From a virus (taxonomy: Duplodnaviria > Caudoviricetes), in IMG/VR virus record IMGVR_UViG_3300048837_000795, positions 1,424 through 65,423 of that record: DNA of 64,000 nucleotides, one strand, 5' to 3'. Made by a program: the position numbers and the translations under genes. Of the stretch, positions 46,254 through 54,509 are shown in pieces. Every line of letters starts with the position of its first letter. Within the stretch, counting starts at the first letter, position 1. The notes beneath the pieces are model-generated. The model saw only the letters and a program-made list of their open reading frames with translations, was not told the DNA's origin and searched no databases.

Positions 46254-46498
46254 TAGATCCTCTCAAAAACCTTGAAACCATCCTCGACTGTTTCGAGCAG
46301 CGCCTGCGCGTCTCTTGCGTCGACATAACCGCGCTGGTGGAAGAGCCCAAAGGGGTAAGCCGTTCCGGTCACCTGGCCGGGGTAGGTGTCGATATCCATG
46401 TACCCGGTGTATCGCACCGCGACTAAGCCCGCCTCGCCAATTGTTAATTCCCTCGCCGAGGGCGCCGGTTGTGTCCGGCTGCGTCCCCCTCAGCCCAT
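46253..46498 (-). CDS. 81-aa morphogenesis-region protein with in-frame TGA at codon 3 (candidate selenocysteine)
   Basis: ATG GGC TGA GGG GGA..: MG(U)GGRSR..VAVRYTG..GQVTGTAYPF..YVDARDA..FERI; starts 2 nt after the upstream stop, ends in a TAATG overlap. Confidence 0.6.
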
Positions 46499-46500
46499 CG

Positions 46501-46941
46501 CTACGGCCGCCGCCTGCGCGCATTGTCGATAATCTGCGCCTCGTTCCAGACGGTATATCCAAACTCGGCCACGCCAAAAGCCGGGAAGTCCGCGCCGGTA
46601 TCACCCGCACACAGCGGCACACGCCCCGTGCGGATCAGCTCGTACTGGCGTTCCAGCCATTCGCCCAGCACCTGCTTTCGTTCGTTATCGATGCGGCCGC
46701 AAGGGCAGCCCTTGATCACGGCCGCATCGATGATGTTGAGCTTTTTCAAATATTCCGCCGCCCATGACTCTAATGTGCAGTTGCATGCCCCTGCGGCGGC
46801 CAGCGCCACGTGGATATCCGAAGCGGCCAGGTCGAGGTAGGTATTGACAGTGTTTACCTCGCCGGCGTTGCCTAAATCAACTCCAGCGCAGAACAGGTTT
46901 TCATAATCCGCCGCTTGAGCATATCGACCAGTACAGGGCAT
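46501..46941 (-). CDS. Head-tail adaptor-like protein, Cys-rich
   Basis: YA...D; L..AASDI; W L..I..G pattern; AGGAG RBS. Confidence 0.65.
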   Translation of the reverse strand: MPCTGRYAQAADYENLFCAGVDLGNAGEVNTVNTYLDLAASDIHVALAAAGACNCTLESWAAEYLKKLNIIDAAVIKGCPCGRIDNERKQVLGEWLERQYELIRTGRVPLCAGDTGADFPAFGVAEFGYTVWNEAQIIDNARRRRP

Positions 46942-46998
46942 GGGTTTCTCCTTGCCGGCAGGCGCAGTAGTAAAGGCGCAGCACCGGTAAGCCAGGGA

Positions 46999-47673
46999 TT
47001 AGGCCGCGGCAGTCACGACCGAAGCGGGTGATAACGGCTTGTAGACCATGTACCACTTGATGTTCCCGGTCTGCGGAGCGCTTGCCAACGCGGCAACCGT
47101 GCCAGGCGACAGGATCAGATCGGTTTCCTCGACAGTGACCGGGTCAGACAGTACAAGACCCAGCGCGGTCGAAGGAGTAAAGACCGATGTTGCGCCCACG
47201 TTGCGGTAGAAGGTGCCAACCGCATCGTTGTCAATCGCAACCGGTGCGGCGCTGAGCGTCACGGTAGCGGCCGGCGCGACGGTAGCGATTTGCAAACTCA
47301 TATTGGCCGCCCCGCCGATGACAGTTGTCACCAGGCCGAAAATCTTGGCTTTCACCGGCCCGCCGGAAACGACGAAAATGGGATCGCCCACGCCGGCAGC
47401 GTTGAGCACCGCGCCGTCCGACTTTTCGACGCAGCGCTCCGCCAGGGCAGGCACGTATGACTGCAAGAATTCCAGCCGCTCCATAACCGAGCCGTCCGCG
47501 TTGGCGGCAACCAGGTTAGAGGCAAAGGCATTGTTCGCGCTGTTCGCGCCAATCGCGCCGAGCACGGAGAGAGCTGAGTCCGTGACGGTTGTTCCGTCCG
47601 TCCCCAGCGCGGCTTCCGGGTCGCCGACGTCGGTGGGGTCTATGCCCCAGTTAATAGGTTTGAGAGGAAACAT
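46999..47673 (-). CDS. Virion structural/decoration protein
   Basis: Ala/Val/Thr-rich; downstream of capsid gene. Confidence 0.55.
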   Translation of the reverse strand: MFPLKPINWGIDPTDVGDPEAALGTDGTTVTDSALSVLGAIGANSANNAFASNLVAANADGSVMERLEFLQSYVPALAERCVEKSDGAVLNAAGVGDPIFVVSGGPVKAKIFGLVTTVIGGAANMSLQIATVAPAATVTLSAAPVAIDNDAVGTFYRNVGATSVFTPSTALGLVLSDPVTVEETDLILSPGTVAALASAPQTGNIKWYMVYKPLSPASVVTAAA

Positions 47674-47952
47674 TTAGCCCTCCAGGGTCCGATCTCTTGT
47701 CCAGCCGGGCTTAGTCGAGATCACCACGGGCTGCGCGCCGAGCTGTGCCAGGAAGGCTTCCGCCTTCTCTTGCATCTCATAGGGCCAGCTTTGCGGGTTG
47801 GCTTTGCGCTCTTTGATGATGGTCTCGGCCTTTTCTTTGGTCATCTGATAGCCGATTTGAACCATCTGCTCGTGCTGCTGTGAGCCGGGCTTGACATAGT
47901 TTTTCTCACGCAGTGCATCGGCGAGTTTTTGGGTTTTTGGTTGAGTTGCCAT
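47674..47952 (-). CDS. Hypothetical protein after the capsid gene
   Basis: GGGAG RBS. Confidence 0.6.
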   Translation of the reverse strand: MATQPKTQKLADALREKNYVKPGSQQHEQMVQIGYQMTKEKAETIIKERKANPQSWPYEMQEKAEAFLAQLGAQPVVISTKPGWTRDRTLEG

Positions 47953-47999
47953 TGGATAGGTGCTCCCCTATTTTGAGTGAATATGATTTGGCGCGGCTC

Positions 48000-49148
48000 T
48001 TAAGGAGTCGTGCCGCTGGAGTAGTAGATCCCGTTGGGGTCGATGACTCCGACCCAGGCCGCGTCATCCCATCCGCCGATGACGTCGTTGACCATATACT
48101 CGATATCGCCAGTCTCGAAAGAGCCCATCAGGAACGCGGCCGGCGCGCTGCCGGAGATAACGCTGATGTTCGAGGTCTTCTGGGCAACCAGCGGGGCCTC
48201 CCAGCCGGTAAGGCGGGCCACGGGCAGGGCCTGGATTTCGTTCGGGTCAGCGAACAGATACCAGGGGATATTCGGCGCGGCGGTGCCAATGTAGGGGTCG
48301 ACCCGGTAACCGCGGATGAACTGCGGGATAACGTTTTTGTCGTTGAGTGCCGAGCCGGCAGCCAGCGTCGAGCCCAGAATGACCTGCGCCTGCATTTCCA
48401 GGATCTTAGGAATTACCAGCCAGATCCCGTTGATCGTGATCGGGTTGCCGGCAGCGTCCAGGCGCGAATTCATGGCGTTGATACCGATCGCCAGGTTGGC
48501 CGAGGTAAGGCGGCCGGTGCCGGCATACGCAGCACCCAAAGCGATCAGCGCGGCCTGCGTCAGGGCATTGTCGTACTGCGCCGAAACAAAGCTGTCCTCG
48601 AAGCGGCGTACCGCGTTGAGCATGCGCATCGGTGTCTGGCGGATCTTGCCCAGATCGTCATTCATAACGGCGCGCCAGGAAACGTCAAACTGGCGGGCGA
48701 ATTCTTCCACGCCGTAGGAAACAACCGAGTCGGAGATGTGCGTGGCCTTCGCCTCCGCTTTCTCGCGCCGGCGGTGGAGCGTGCCGGGCTCGGTCATGCG
48801 GAACCGGTCCACATCCCGGAAGTCGGGCGCGCTGTCGGGGAAGGTGTAATCGCGCCACGATCCACCCTGATAGGCGTAATCCTTGAGGAACGCCCGACTG
48901 ATCGCATCGGCGAAGTACACGTCAAAATGCGCGGTTGTCATGGCTTCACGGAACTGGCCGATATCCATGTGTTTGTACGTGTTTTGCAACTCGATCATGG
49001 CGTGGAATTCAGCCTGACCGGACTCGCCCAACCGTTCCGCTGCCCACTGGGGGACGGCGGAGGCGCGAGACAGCGCTTCGATCTGATTTGCATCGAAACC
49101 GCGCTCGGCCAGAGCGATTGATTTAACCCACTGCATTACCTGATACAT
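48000..49148 (-). CDS. Major capsid protein (HK97 fold, Mu gpT-like)
   Basis: PDFR; Y.VEEFARQF.VSW.A..NDDLG; WLVIP..LE; WYLFADP; GAGGAGG RBS. Confidence 0.85.
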   Translation of the reverse strand: MYQVMQWVKSIALAERGFDANQIEALSRASAVPQWAAERLGESGQAEFHAMIELQNTYKHMDIGQFREAMTTAHFDVYFADAISRAFLKDYAYQGGSWRDYTFPDSAPDFRDVDRFRMTEPGTLHRRREKAEAKATHISDSVVSYGVEEFARQFDVSWRAVMNDDLGKIRQTPMRMLNAVRRFEDSFVSAQYDNALTQAALIALGAAYAGTGRLTSANLAIGINAMNSRLDAAGNPITINGIWLVIPKILEMQAQVILGSTLAAGSALNDKNVIPQFIRGYRVDPYIGTAAPNIPWYLFADPNEIQALPVARLTGWEAPLVAQKTSNISVISGSAPAAFLMGSFETGDIEYMVNDVIGGWDDAAWVGVIDPNGIYYSSGTTP

Positions 49149-49184
49149 AGTAGAGTCCTCCTCTTTTTCAGGTTTCGACGAATG

Positions 49185-49682
49185 TTAGCGACCAGCGCCA
49201 ACCTGCATCACGCCAACGGTCTGCGTGGAAGCCACTCCGCCGGCGCCCTTCGGGTACAGGGCCATATCTGCGTCGGACATGGGAACGATAAAGCCAAAGA
49301 GCGGGTTGGCCGTGCCGGCCGAGTCCAGCGGGGACTTCGACAGGTAGGTGCCGACCGGCATGGTGGCGCTGCGATCGTAGTACACGGGGTCGCCAATCGC
49401 CTCGGTGCCCCAGGTAGCCTCGACGTTCGCCGCGTAGGTCAGTACGTTGCGCACTGTCTGGCGGTACACCATCGAGCTGGTCACGTCCAGAATGGCGACG
49501 CTGGTGCCCGGGTCTACGGTCAGGATGGTCCCGGTGAGCTGCGTGCCGGGGACGGCAGACAGAACAGCAGCGGGGTTGGACGGAGTCGGGGTAGCGTCTT
49601 CCAGGCGAGCATAAGGAACTTCCCAATGCCGCACTGCGCCCTCAGAGCTCACTTCATAGTCGTTGTGGATAATTTCAGTCAT
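49185..49682 (-). CDS. Capsid decoration/cement protein
   Basis: Between scaffold and capsid genes; IGDPVYYD..FG. Confidence 0.6.
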   Translation of the reverse strand: MTEIIHNDYEVSSEGAVRHWEVPYARLEDATPTPSNPAAVLSAVPGTQLTGTILTVDPGTSVAILDVTSSMVYRQTVRNVLTYAANVEATWGTEAIGDPVYYDRSATMPVGTYLSKSPLDSAGTANPLFGFIVPMSDADMALYPKGAGGVASTQTVGVMQVGAGR

Positions 49683-49688
49683 CTTGCA

Positions 49689-51206
49689 TTACCTCCCAAT
49701 ACCAAAGCGAGTATTGATCTTGTCCATCGTCTCCTCGATCTGCGACCGCGAGACTGGACGTGTGCTATCGGGCGCGGCTGCGCTTTCGCCCAGTCCAAAT
49801 GGACGCCCGGAACCGCTGATTTCTTTCAGCCGCCGCACCTCGGCTGCGACCGCGGCGCTCAAGGCCGCTTCGTTCTCCCACCTGTTGAAAGCCAGCGTCA
49901 AGAGCGATTCGGCCGGCAGCCGGGTCTTGGATAACACCGCGCGCACCTCGGCCTCACCCAAAACCGGGTCAGGCGCGGGAGGCTCTTCCACGGGGGCCGG
50001 CGCTTCAACCTGGTCTGCGTCAGCGGCCGGGGGAGTCTCTTCCCCGCTCTCGGGCTGCTCGACCTGCACGGCGGTCTGGTCTTCCTCGCGGATCGTGACT
50101 TCCGCGGTCGGCTCCGCCTCGGTGGCAGGCACCGTCTCCTCGGTCTGCGCGTCGCTTTCAGCCAGCGCGAGCGCTTTACCGCCTGCCCCGGCCCTGGTTA
50201 CCCAGTCGACGCTGGCAACGGCAACGATTGACTCGACCACCTTGCCCTTGCGCCCATCCCGCTCGAAGCCTGGCCGGGCTTTGCCGTCGGCTAAGATCGA
50301 GCATTCCAGGCTTTCCAGCATGCCGGCTTTGGCGCGGTTGCGGGCCGCCTCGGCAAAGTCGGGGTCGAACACCACCACGCGGGCAATCGGCGCGCCCTGC
50401 TCGGTAAAGCCGACAATGCGCTTGATCTGTGAGACCTCGCTGCGCACGTTCTTCTCCGACTGCACGTGATCGGTGGCGTACATTTTCGCGCCCTCAAACA
50501 CTTTTGCATCGCGCCTGAGCATATCCGCCGGGTAGTAATGGTTGTCTCTGTTATTGCCCCACCCAGGCCGGATAATTTGCACGTCCATTTCCAGCGGCCC
50601 GCGCGGATTGGTCACCGCGTCGCCCTCGGCCTCGACCAGCGCGATGGCCGGCGCGAACGATTCAGTAAACGACTCGGCCTCACCGCCCATCACGCTGGCG
50701 TCTTCGTCCTGACCGGTCAGGACGTCGCCAACCACCTGCACAAATTCATCGAAGAGCGTCTGCGCCGCGGCGATTTTGTCGGGGGCGTCGCTCCAAAAGA
50801 AGATATTGTTGAGCATGCTTTGAAACTGGCCCACACGCTCGCGCATGTTCTCAGCCACTTCGCGGGCCGCGTTGGCCTGGTCGAGCTGGGTAAAGGTGAT
50901 CACGCTGGACGGCACATAGTCACCGTAGTAATCTCCTTCCTCGATATCTGATTCCTTCGCCCCAGCTACGCCGCGATGACCCTGCTCCTGGCCGGCCTCC
51001 TTCTCCAGCTCTGCCCATGTCTTTTTGAGCGAGCTGCTGAAAGTTTCGACCTGCTTGCGCAGCGCCTCTGGCAAAGTCTTGTTGGCCAGCAAGCTGGCCA
51101 GCTCGCGCGATAACCTGCGCACGTTGGCCTTGATGGTTGCCGCCTCAGCTACGGGCGCGGCGTCGTTTTCCCACAAAACAACATCTTCAATTATGGTTTC
51201 TGGCAT
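49689..51206 (-). CDS. Capsid maturation protease/scaffold
   Basis: IIRPGWG..N.YY; FEGAKMY.DH; SVDWVT.AGAGG; acidic C-terminus. Confidence 0.8.
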   Translation of the reverse strand: MPETIIEDVVLWENDAAPVAEAATIKANVRRLSRELASLLANKTLPEALRKQVETFSSSLKKTWAELEKEAGQEQGHRGVAGAKESDIEEGDYYGDYVPSSVITFTQLDQANAAREVAENMRERVGQFQSMLNNIFFWSDAPDKIAAAQTLFDEFVQVVGDVLTGQDEDASVMGGEAESFTESFAPAIALVEAEGDAVTNPRGPLEMDVQIIRPGWGNNRDNHYYPADMLRRDAKVFEGAKMYATDHVQSEKNVRSEVSQIKRIVGFTEQGAPIARVVVFDPDFAEAARNRAKAGMLESLECSILADGKARPGFERDGRKGKVVESIVAVASVDWVTRAGAGGKALALAESDAQTEETVPATEAEPTAEVTIREEDQTAVQVEQPESGEETPPAADADQVEAPAPVEEPPAPDPVLGEAEVRAVLSKTRLPAESLLTLAFNRWENEAALSAAVAAEVRRLKEISGSGRPFGLGESAAAPDSTRPVSRSQIEETMDKINTRFGIGR

Positions 51207-51218
51207 TATGTACCTCGC

Positions 51219-51307
51219 AAAACAAAAAGCGCCAATCCCGGTCAGGAGATTGGCGCAGAGGCTCAGAAAATAGGGTTGTTATCGAATTGTCATAATCATT
51301 ATAACGC
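51219..51307 (-). promoter_or_regulatory. Putative late promoter plus leader terminator
   Basis: GCGTTATAAT (51298-51307); TGAGCCTCTGCGCC leader; GCGCCAATC..GATTGGCGC TTTTTGTTTT. Confidence 0.7.
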
Positions 51308-51314
51308 AGCCCAT

Positions 51315-51623
51315 TTACGGGTAAAAATGCGACTGCGCCACGCTCAGCGCGCCTTCGCCGGCTACGACCCGGCTGCCCGTGCCCTCCACCCTGTAGAACC
51401 AGGTGCCGGCGCGGGTAAAGGTGACATAGAAGTGGTACTGGCCCTGCGAGTCTCGGACTACCTCGGGAGCAGCGCCGTAGACCCAGGTCGTGCGCAGACC
51501 GCCCGGGTCGGGCGAGTCGACCTTGACGGTAACCACATCCGGGTCGAGCGGCAGGCCGGTGACCAGGTCGGTAAATATTACGGTGATCAGTGCGCGGTCA
51601 CCAACGTTCCAGATATTCTCCAT
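51315..51623 (-). CDS. Small Ig-like virion protein
   Basis: GD; D..G...DP; G.YH; G.W.YR..GTG. Confidence 0.6.
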   Translation of the reverse strand: MENIWNVGDRALITVIFTDLVTGLPLDPDVVTVKVDSPDPGGLRTTWVYGAAPEVVRDSQGQYHFYVTFTRAGTWFYRVEGTGSRVVAGEGALSVAQSHFYP

Positions 51624-53300
51624 CTATGCCTCGCTTTCCACGAATGTTAACGCTGTCTCGCGCGCCTCGTAAAACATCAAGGCGGCCTGGGCCTCCTCGG
51701 AAATTGTCACACCGGTATTCCGGCTGACCCACCATTGCAGCCCGCCCAGACTCGCCCCGCTGCCAACGTGGCCCGCGCCCGTACCTGTAATGTCACCAAT
51801 CGTGGCCGCGCCCTCACCCTGTACCAGAGTCGTCCCCGATGCACTGCCGGTAATATCCGCAATGGCAGCTGCGCCCTCGCCCTGCACGAGCACCGTTCCC
51901 GCGCCTGATCCGACGATATCGCCGATGGTGGCAGCGCCTTCCCCGGTGATCGGCGTAGAACCAACCACGCCCGTACCGGTGCCAATGATATTGGCAATCG
52001 TTGCGCTGCCAGATCCTTGCACCAGAGTCTTTCCTGCCCCGCTGCCGGTAATGTCGCCAATTGCAGCGCTACCTGCGCCCTGAATGAGAACCGTGCCGGC
52101 TCCTGTGCCGGTGATATCCGCGATGGTAGCAGCGCCCGAGCCGGTGATCGGCGACGATCCGACTGTTCCTGTGCCTGATCCGGTAATATCGTCGACGGCA
52201 GCACTTCCCGCGCCTTGTACCAGTACGGTGCCGGCACCCGAACCGGTCAGGTCGGCAATGGTCGCGCTGCCTGCGCCTTGTACTAATACAGTACCTGCCG
52301 CGGACCCGGTAATATCAGCGATGGTAGAAGCACCTGCGCCCTGCACGAGAGTCTTGCCAGTGCTAGCGCCGGTTATGTCGCCGACCGTAGATGTCCCGGC
52401 TCCCTGCACCAACACCGTTCCCGCGCCAGAGACGGTCACATCGCCGATGACAGCCGCGCCCGCGCCAGTGATGGGCGCAGGAGCCGGCGGAGGAACCAGC
52501 CAGGGCATCTGGCTGACCGGGATACGAAAAAGGTCGTATTGGGTTTGTGGCGCGTACATGTGCGCGGCCAGGCTGTCACCAGGGTATTTTTTGTAGACGC
52601 GTAAATCAGACAGCGCGCCGCGAAAATTCCAGATTGTGCCGGTTCCGCCTGCAACATAGATCCCGCCAAATCTCGGAACGCCGCCCGATGGAATACCAGT
52701 GGCCCCGGTGGCGTCTGCGGTGGTGTCACGCAGCACCCCATTTACCAACAGCCGCCATTCGCCGCCCTTCCAGCCGCCAAGCGCATGCGTCCACTTATTG
52801 GCCGCGATAGTGCTGTCATAAGTCCAGCTCGCTACCACGTGAGTCGCGCCTGCGTTCCACCGCCCGACCTTGATCTGCTTGACGCCCGAAACATCATCGA
52901 GCCACATGCCCCAACCCAATGCGAACGTTGAGGAAGCGCCGCCGCCGCCGATGGCAATGCCGTCATTTACGCCGCTCGGCAGCACCGTGGGGTAAATCCA
53001 TGCGCTGATCGCAATTTCCCCGCTGATATTGAGGTTCGCCGGGGCGTTTGCAGTCAATTGACCGTATGGGGAGATTGACGGCTCGTTGCTGTCGGGCAGA
53101 TACAGGCCCCGCCGGCCATCTGCCTCCACCCATGACATAACTTCGGGATGCACCAGCTCGCCCTGGTTGCCGCTGATTTTGTCGATGAAATGATTTTGAG
53201 AGATGGTGATCGACTCTTCACCCATTAACGGCAGCCAATACGCAAGATTGGCTGCTTGCGGGCTGAGGTAATTAGGGGTGATCGGTGAAAACCGGTTCAT
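51624..53300 (-). CDS. LamG domain plus ~21-aa Gly/Thr repeat fibre protein
   Basis: ISAWIYP..WTH..W.L.VNG..LSDLRVY; about 10 GxGxxxIxDITGxGxxxVLVQ repeats. Confidence 0.75.
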   Translation of the reverse strand: MNRFSPITPNYLSPQAANLAYWLPLMGEESITISQNHFIDKISGNQGELVHPEVMSWVEADGRRGLYLPDSNEPSISPYGQLTANAPANLNISGEIAISAWIYPTVLPSGVNDGIAIGGGGASSTFALGWGMWLDDVSGVKQIKVGRWNAGATHVVASWTYDSTIAANKWTHALGGWKGGEWRLLVNGVLRDTTADATGATGIPSGGVPRFGGIYVAGGTGTIWNFRGALSDLRVYKKYPGDSLAAHMYAPQTQYDLFRIPVSQMPWLVPPPAPAPITGAGAAVIGDVTVSGAGTVLVQGAGTSTVGDITGASTGKTLVQGAGASTIADITGSAAGTVLVQGAGSATIADLTGSGAGTVLVQGAGSAAVDDITGSGTGTVGSSPITGSGAATIADITGTGAGTVLIQGAGSAAIGDITGSGAGKTLVQGSGSATIANIIGTGTGVVGSTPITGEGAATIGDIVGSGAGTVLVQGEGAAAIADITGSASGTTLVQGEGAATIGDITGTGAGHVGSGASLGGLQWWVSRNTGVTISEEAQAALMFYEARETALTFVESEA

Positions 53301-53746
53301 TAGCTGGCTTGCATGTTGTAACGGCTGTAGCTGAGGATGTTCCCGCTGGCGGCAAACGCCTGCCCAGTCACGTTGAAAATCACTATTTTAAAATCAAAGG
53401 GTGGCAGCGGAATTTGCCTGGCGATGACCAGCCGCGCCGTGGTAGCTGCGTCAAGCTGGAAGTTTGCGACCAGTAGCGCGCCGGCAGGCTTCAGGTTGGT
53501 CGCGCCATACGAATAGTTTGAGCCGTCCAGCGTCGGCACAAGGTACAGCTCGCACACGGCCCCGGCTTCGCGGGCGCCGCCCTGCGTAGCCAGGTTAAGC
53601 GCGAAGTCGGCATACAGGTACAACTCCGCCGCGTCGTCGTTGGAAACGTTCGCCGAGACAACGCCGGTATCGTCGGCCAGCGAGTTCAGCTCGGTGGTCA
53701 GTAGATTCGCGGGGGATGTTGGCCCGCCCCATTTAATTACACCCAT
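53300..53746 (-). CDS. Virion-associated beta-sandwich protein
   Basis: GGAGG RBS; in operon. Confidence 0.6.
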   Translation of the reverse strand: MGVIKWGGPTSPANLLTTELNSLADDTGVVSANVSNDDAAELYLYADFALNLATQGGAREAGAVCELYLVPTLDGSNYSYGATNLKPAGALLVANFQLDAATTARLVIARQIPLPPFDFKIVIFNVTGQAFAASGNILSYSRYNMQAS

Positions 53747-53755
53747 AACCCCTCC

Positions 53756-54157
53756 TTACGCGTTTGGCCCGGTGAGGGTAAAGCTGGTGATGGTGATCTG
53801 CTGGGTAGCCACAACTACGTTGTTATCCAGGGTAATATCCCCGCCCCCACCTGTGATGGTGACCGAGCCTTGATCGTGACAGGTCGCGCCCTGCTTGATG
53901 CGGAAGTGCGCGACGGTGCCGGGATTGTCAGCGCTCAAATCCTGCCACGTACCCAACAACGCCTTGCTGCCGGCATTGGCTGCCGCCATCCAGTCAGCCG
54001 GTAATGCCAACGACGCGACTAACGTGCCGCTGTCTGCCGCGGCGCAGTTGGCCGGCTGCGCGCCGGTGCGCAGCTCAAGCGTCGGGGAAGCGCCGATAGT
54101 CGACTCGTACACGTCCAGGATCGCATTGCGGACCGCCACGGAAAATTGATGTGCCAT
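53756..54157 (-). CDS. Virion fibre-base protein
   Basis: RNAILD..L..RTG.QP..A..GT.L..FRI..DQG.V..GGD..LDN, a common phage structural pattern. Confidence 0.65.
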   Translation of the reverse strand: MAHQFSVAVRNAILDVYESTIGASPTLELRTGAQPANCAAADSGTLVASLALPADWMAAANAGSKALLGTWQDLSADNPGTVAHFRIKQGATCHDQGSVTITGGGGDITLDNNVVVATQQITITSFTLTGPNA

Positions 54158-54168
54158 TTTTATGCTCC

Positions 54169-54238
54169 TTAAAAATAAAGCGCCAGTCTCGGGGTGAGAA
54201 AGGCGCAGAGGCTCAAATCGTTACAGTCATTATAACGC
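54169..54238 (-). promoter_or_regulatory. Putative late promoter plus leader terminator
   Basis: GCGTTATAAT (54229-54238); TGAGCCTCTGCGCC; hairpin then TTTATTTTT. Confidence 0.7.
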
Positions 54239-54265
54239 GGAGAGCAAAACCGTTTCTTTCGAAGT

Positions 54266-54293
54266 CTATAGAATTATTTTAGTAATCGAATAA
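54266..54293. repeat. 11-6-11 site (copy 8)
   Basis: CTATAGAATTA TTTTAG TAATCGAATAA. Confidence 0.75.
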
Positions 54294-54340
54294 CCATTTT
54301 GATATAGATCGATGTATAATTAATTGTATGAACAACGCAG

Positions 54341-54412
54341 CGTGCTTTTGTGTGAAAGGCTCAACGGCGGGATCTAGCCCGCCAAAGCGGGTGCAACGCC
54401 CACCAAAGCGCG
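54341..54412 (+). ncRNA. tRNA-like cloverleaf RNA with CUA in the anticodon-position loop
   Basis: CGTGCTTTTG/CAAAGCGCG acceptor; TGA-AAGGC-TCA; GGCGGG-ATCTAG-CCCGCC; GCGGG-TGCAACG-CCCAC; TATAAT upstream, 12-bp hairpin 54419-54448 downstream. Confidence 0.5.
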
Positions 54413-54509
54413 AACGGTAAACGATCCTGGCGGCCACCGGGGTCGTTTGCGTTTAATGGGTGGTAAAGAGCTGCAAAACAGCTAGAACAGGTAATAAGAA
54501 TTAGCGGAC

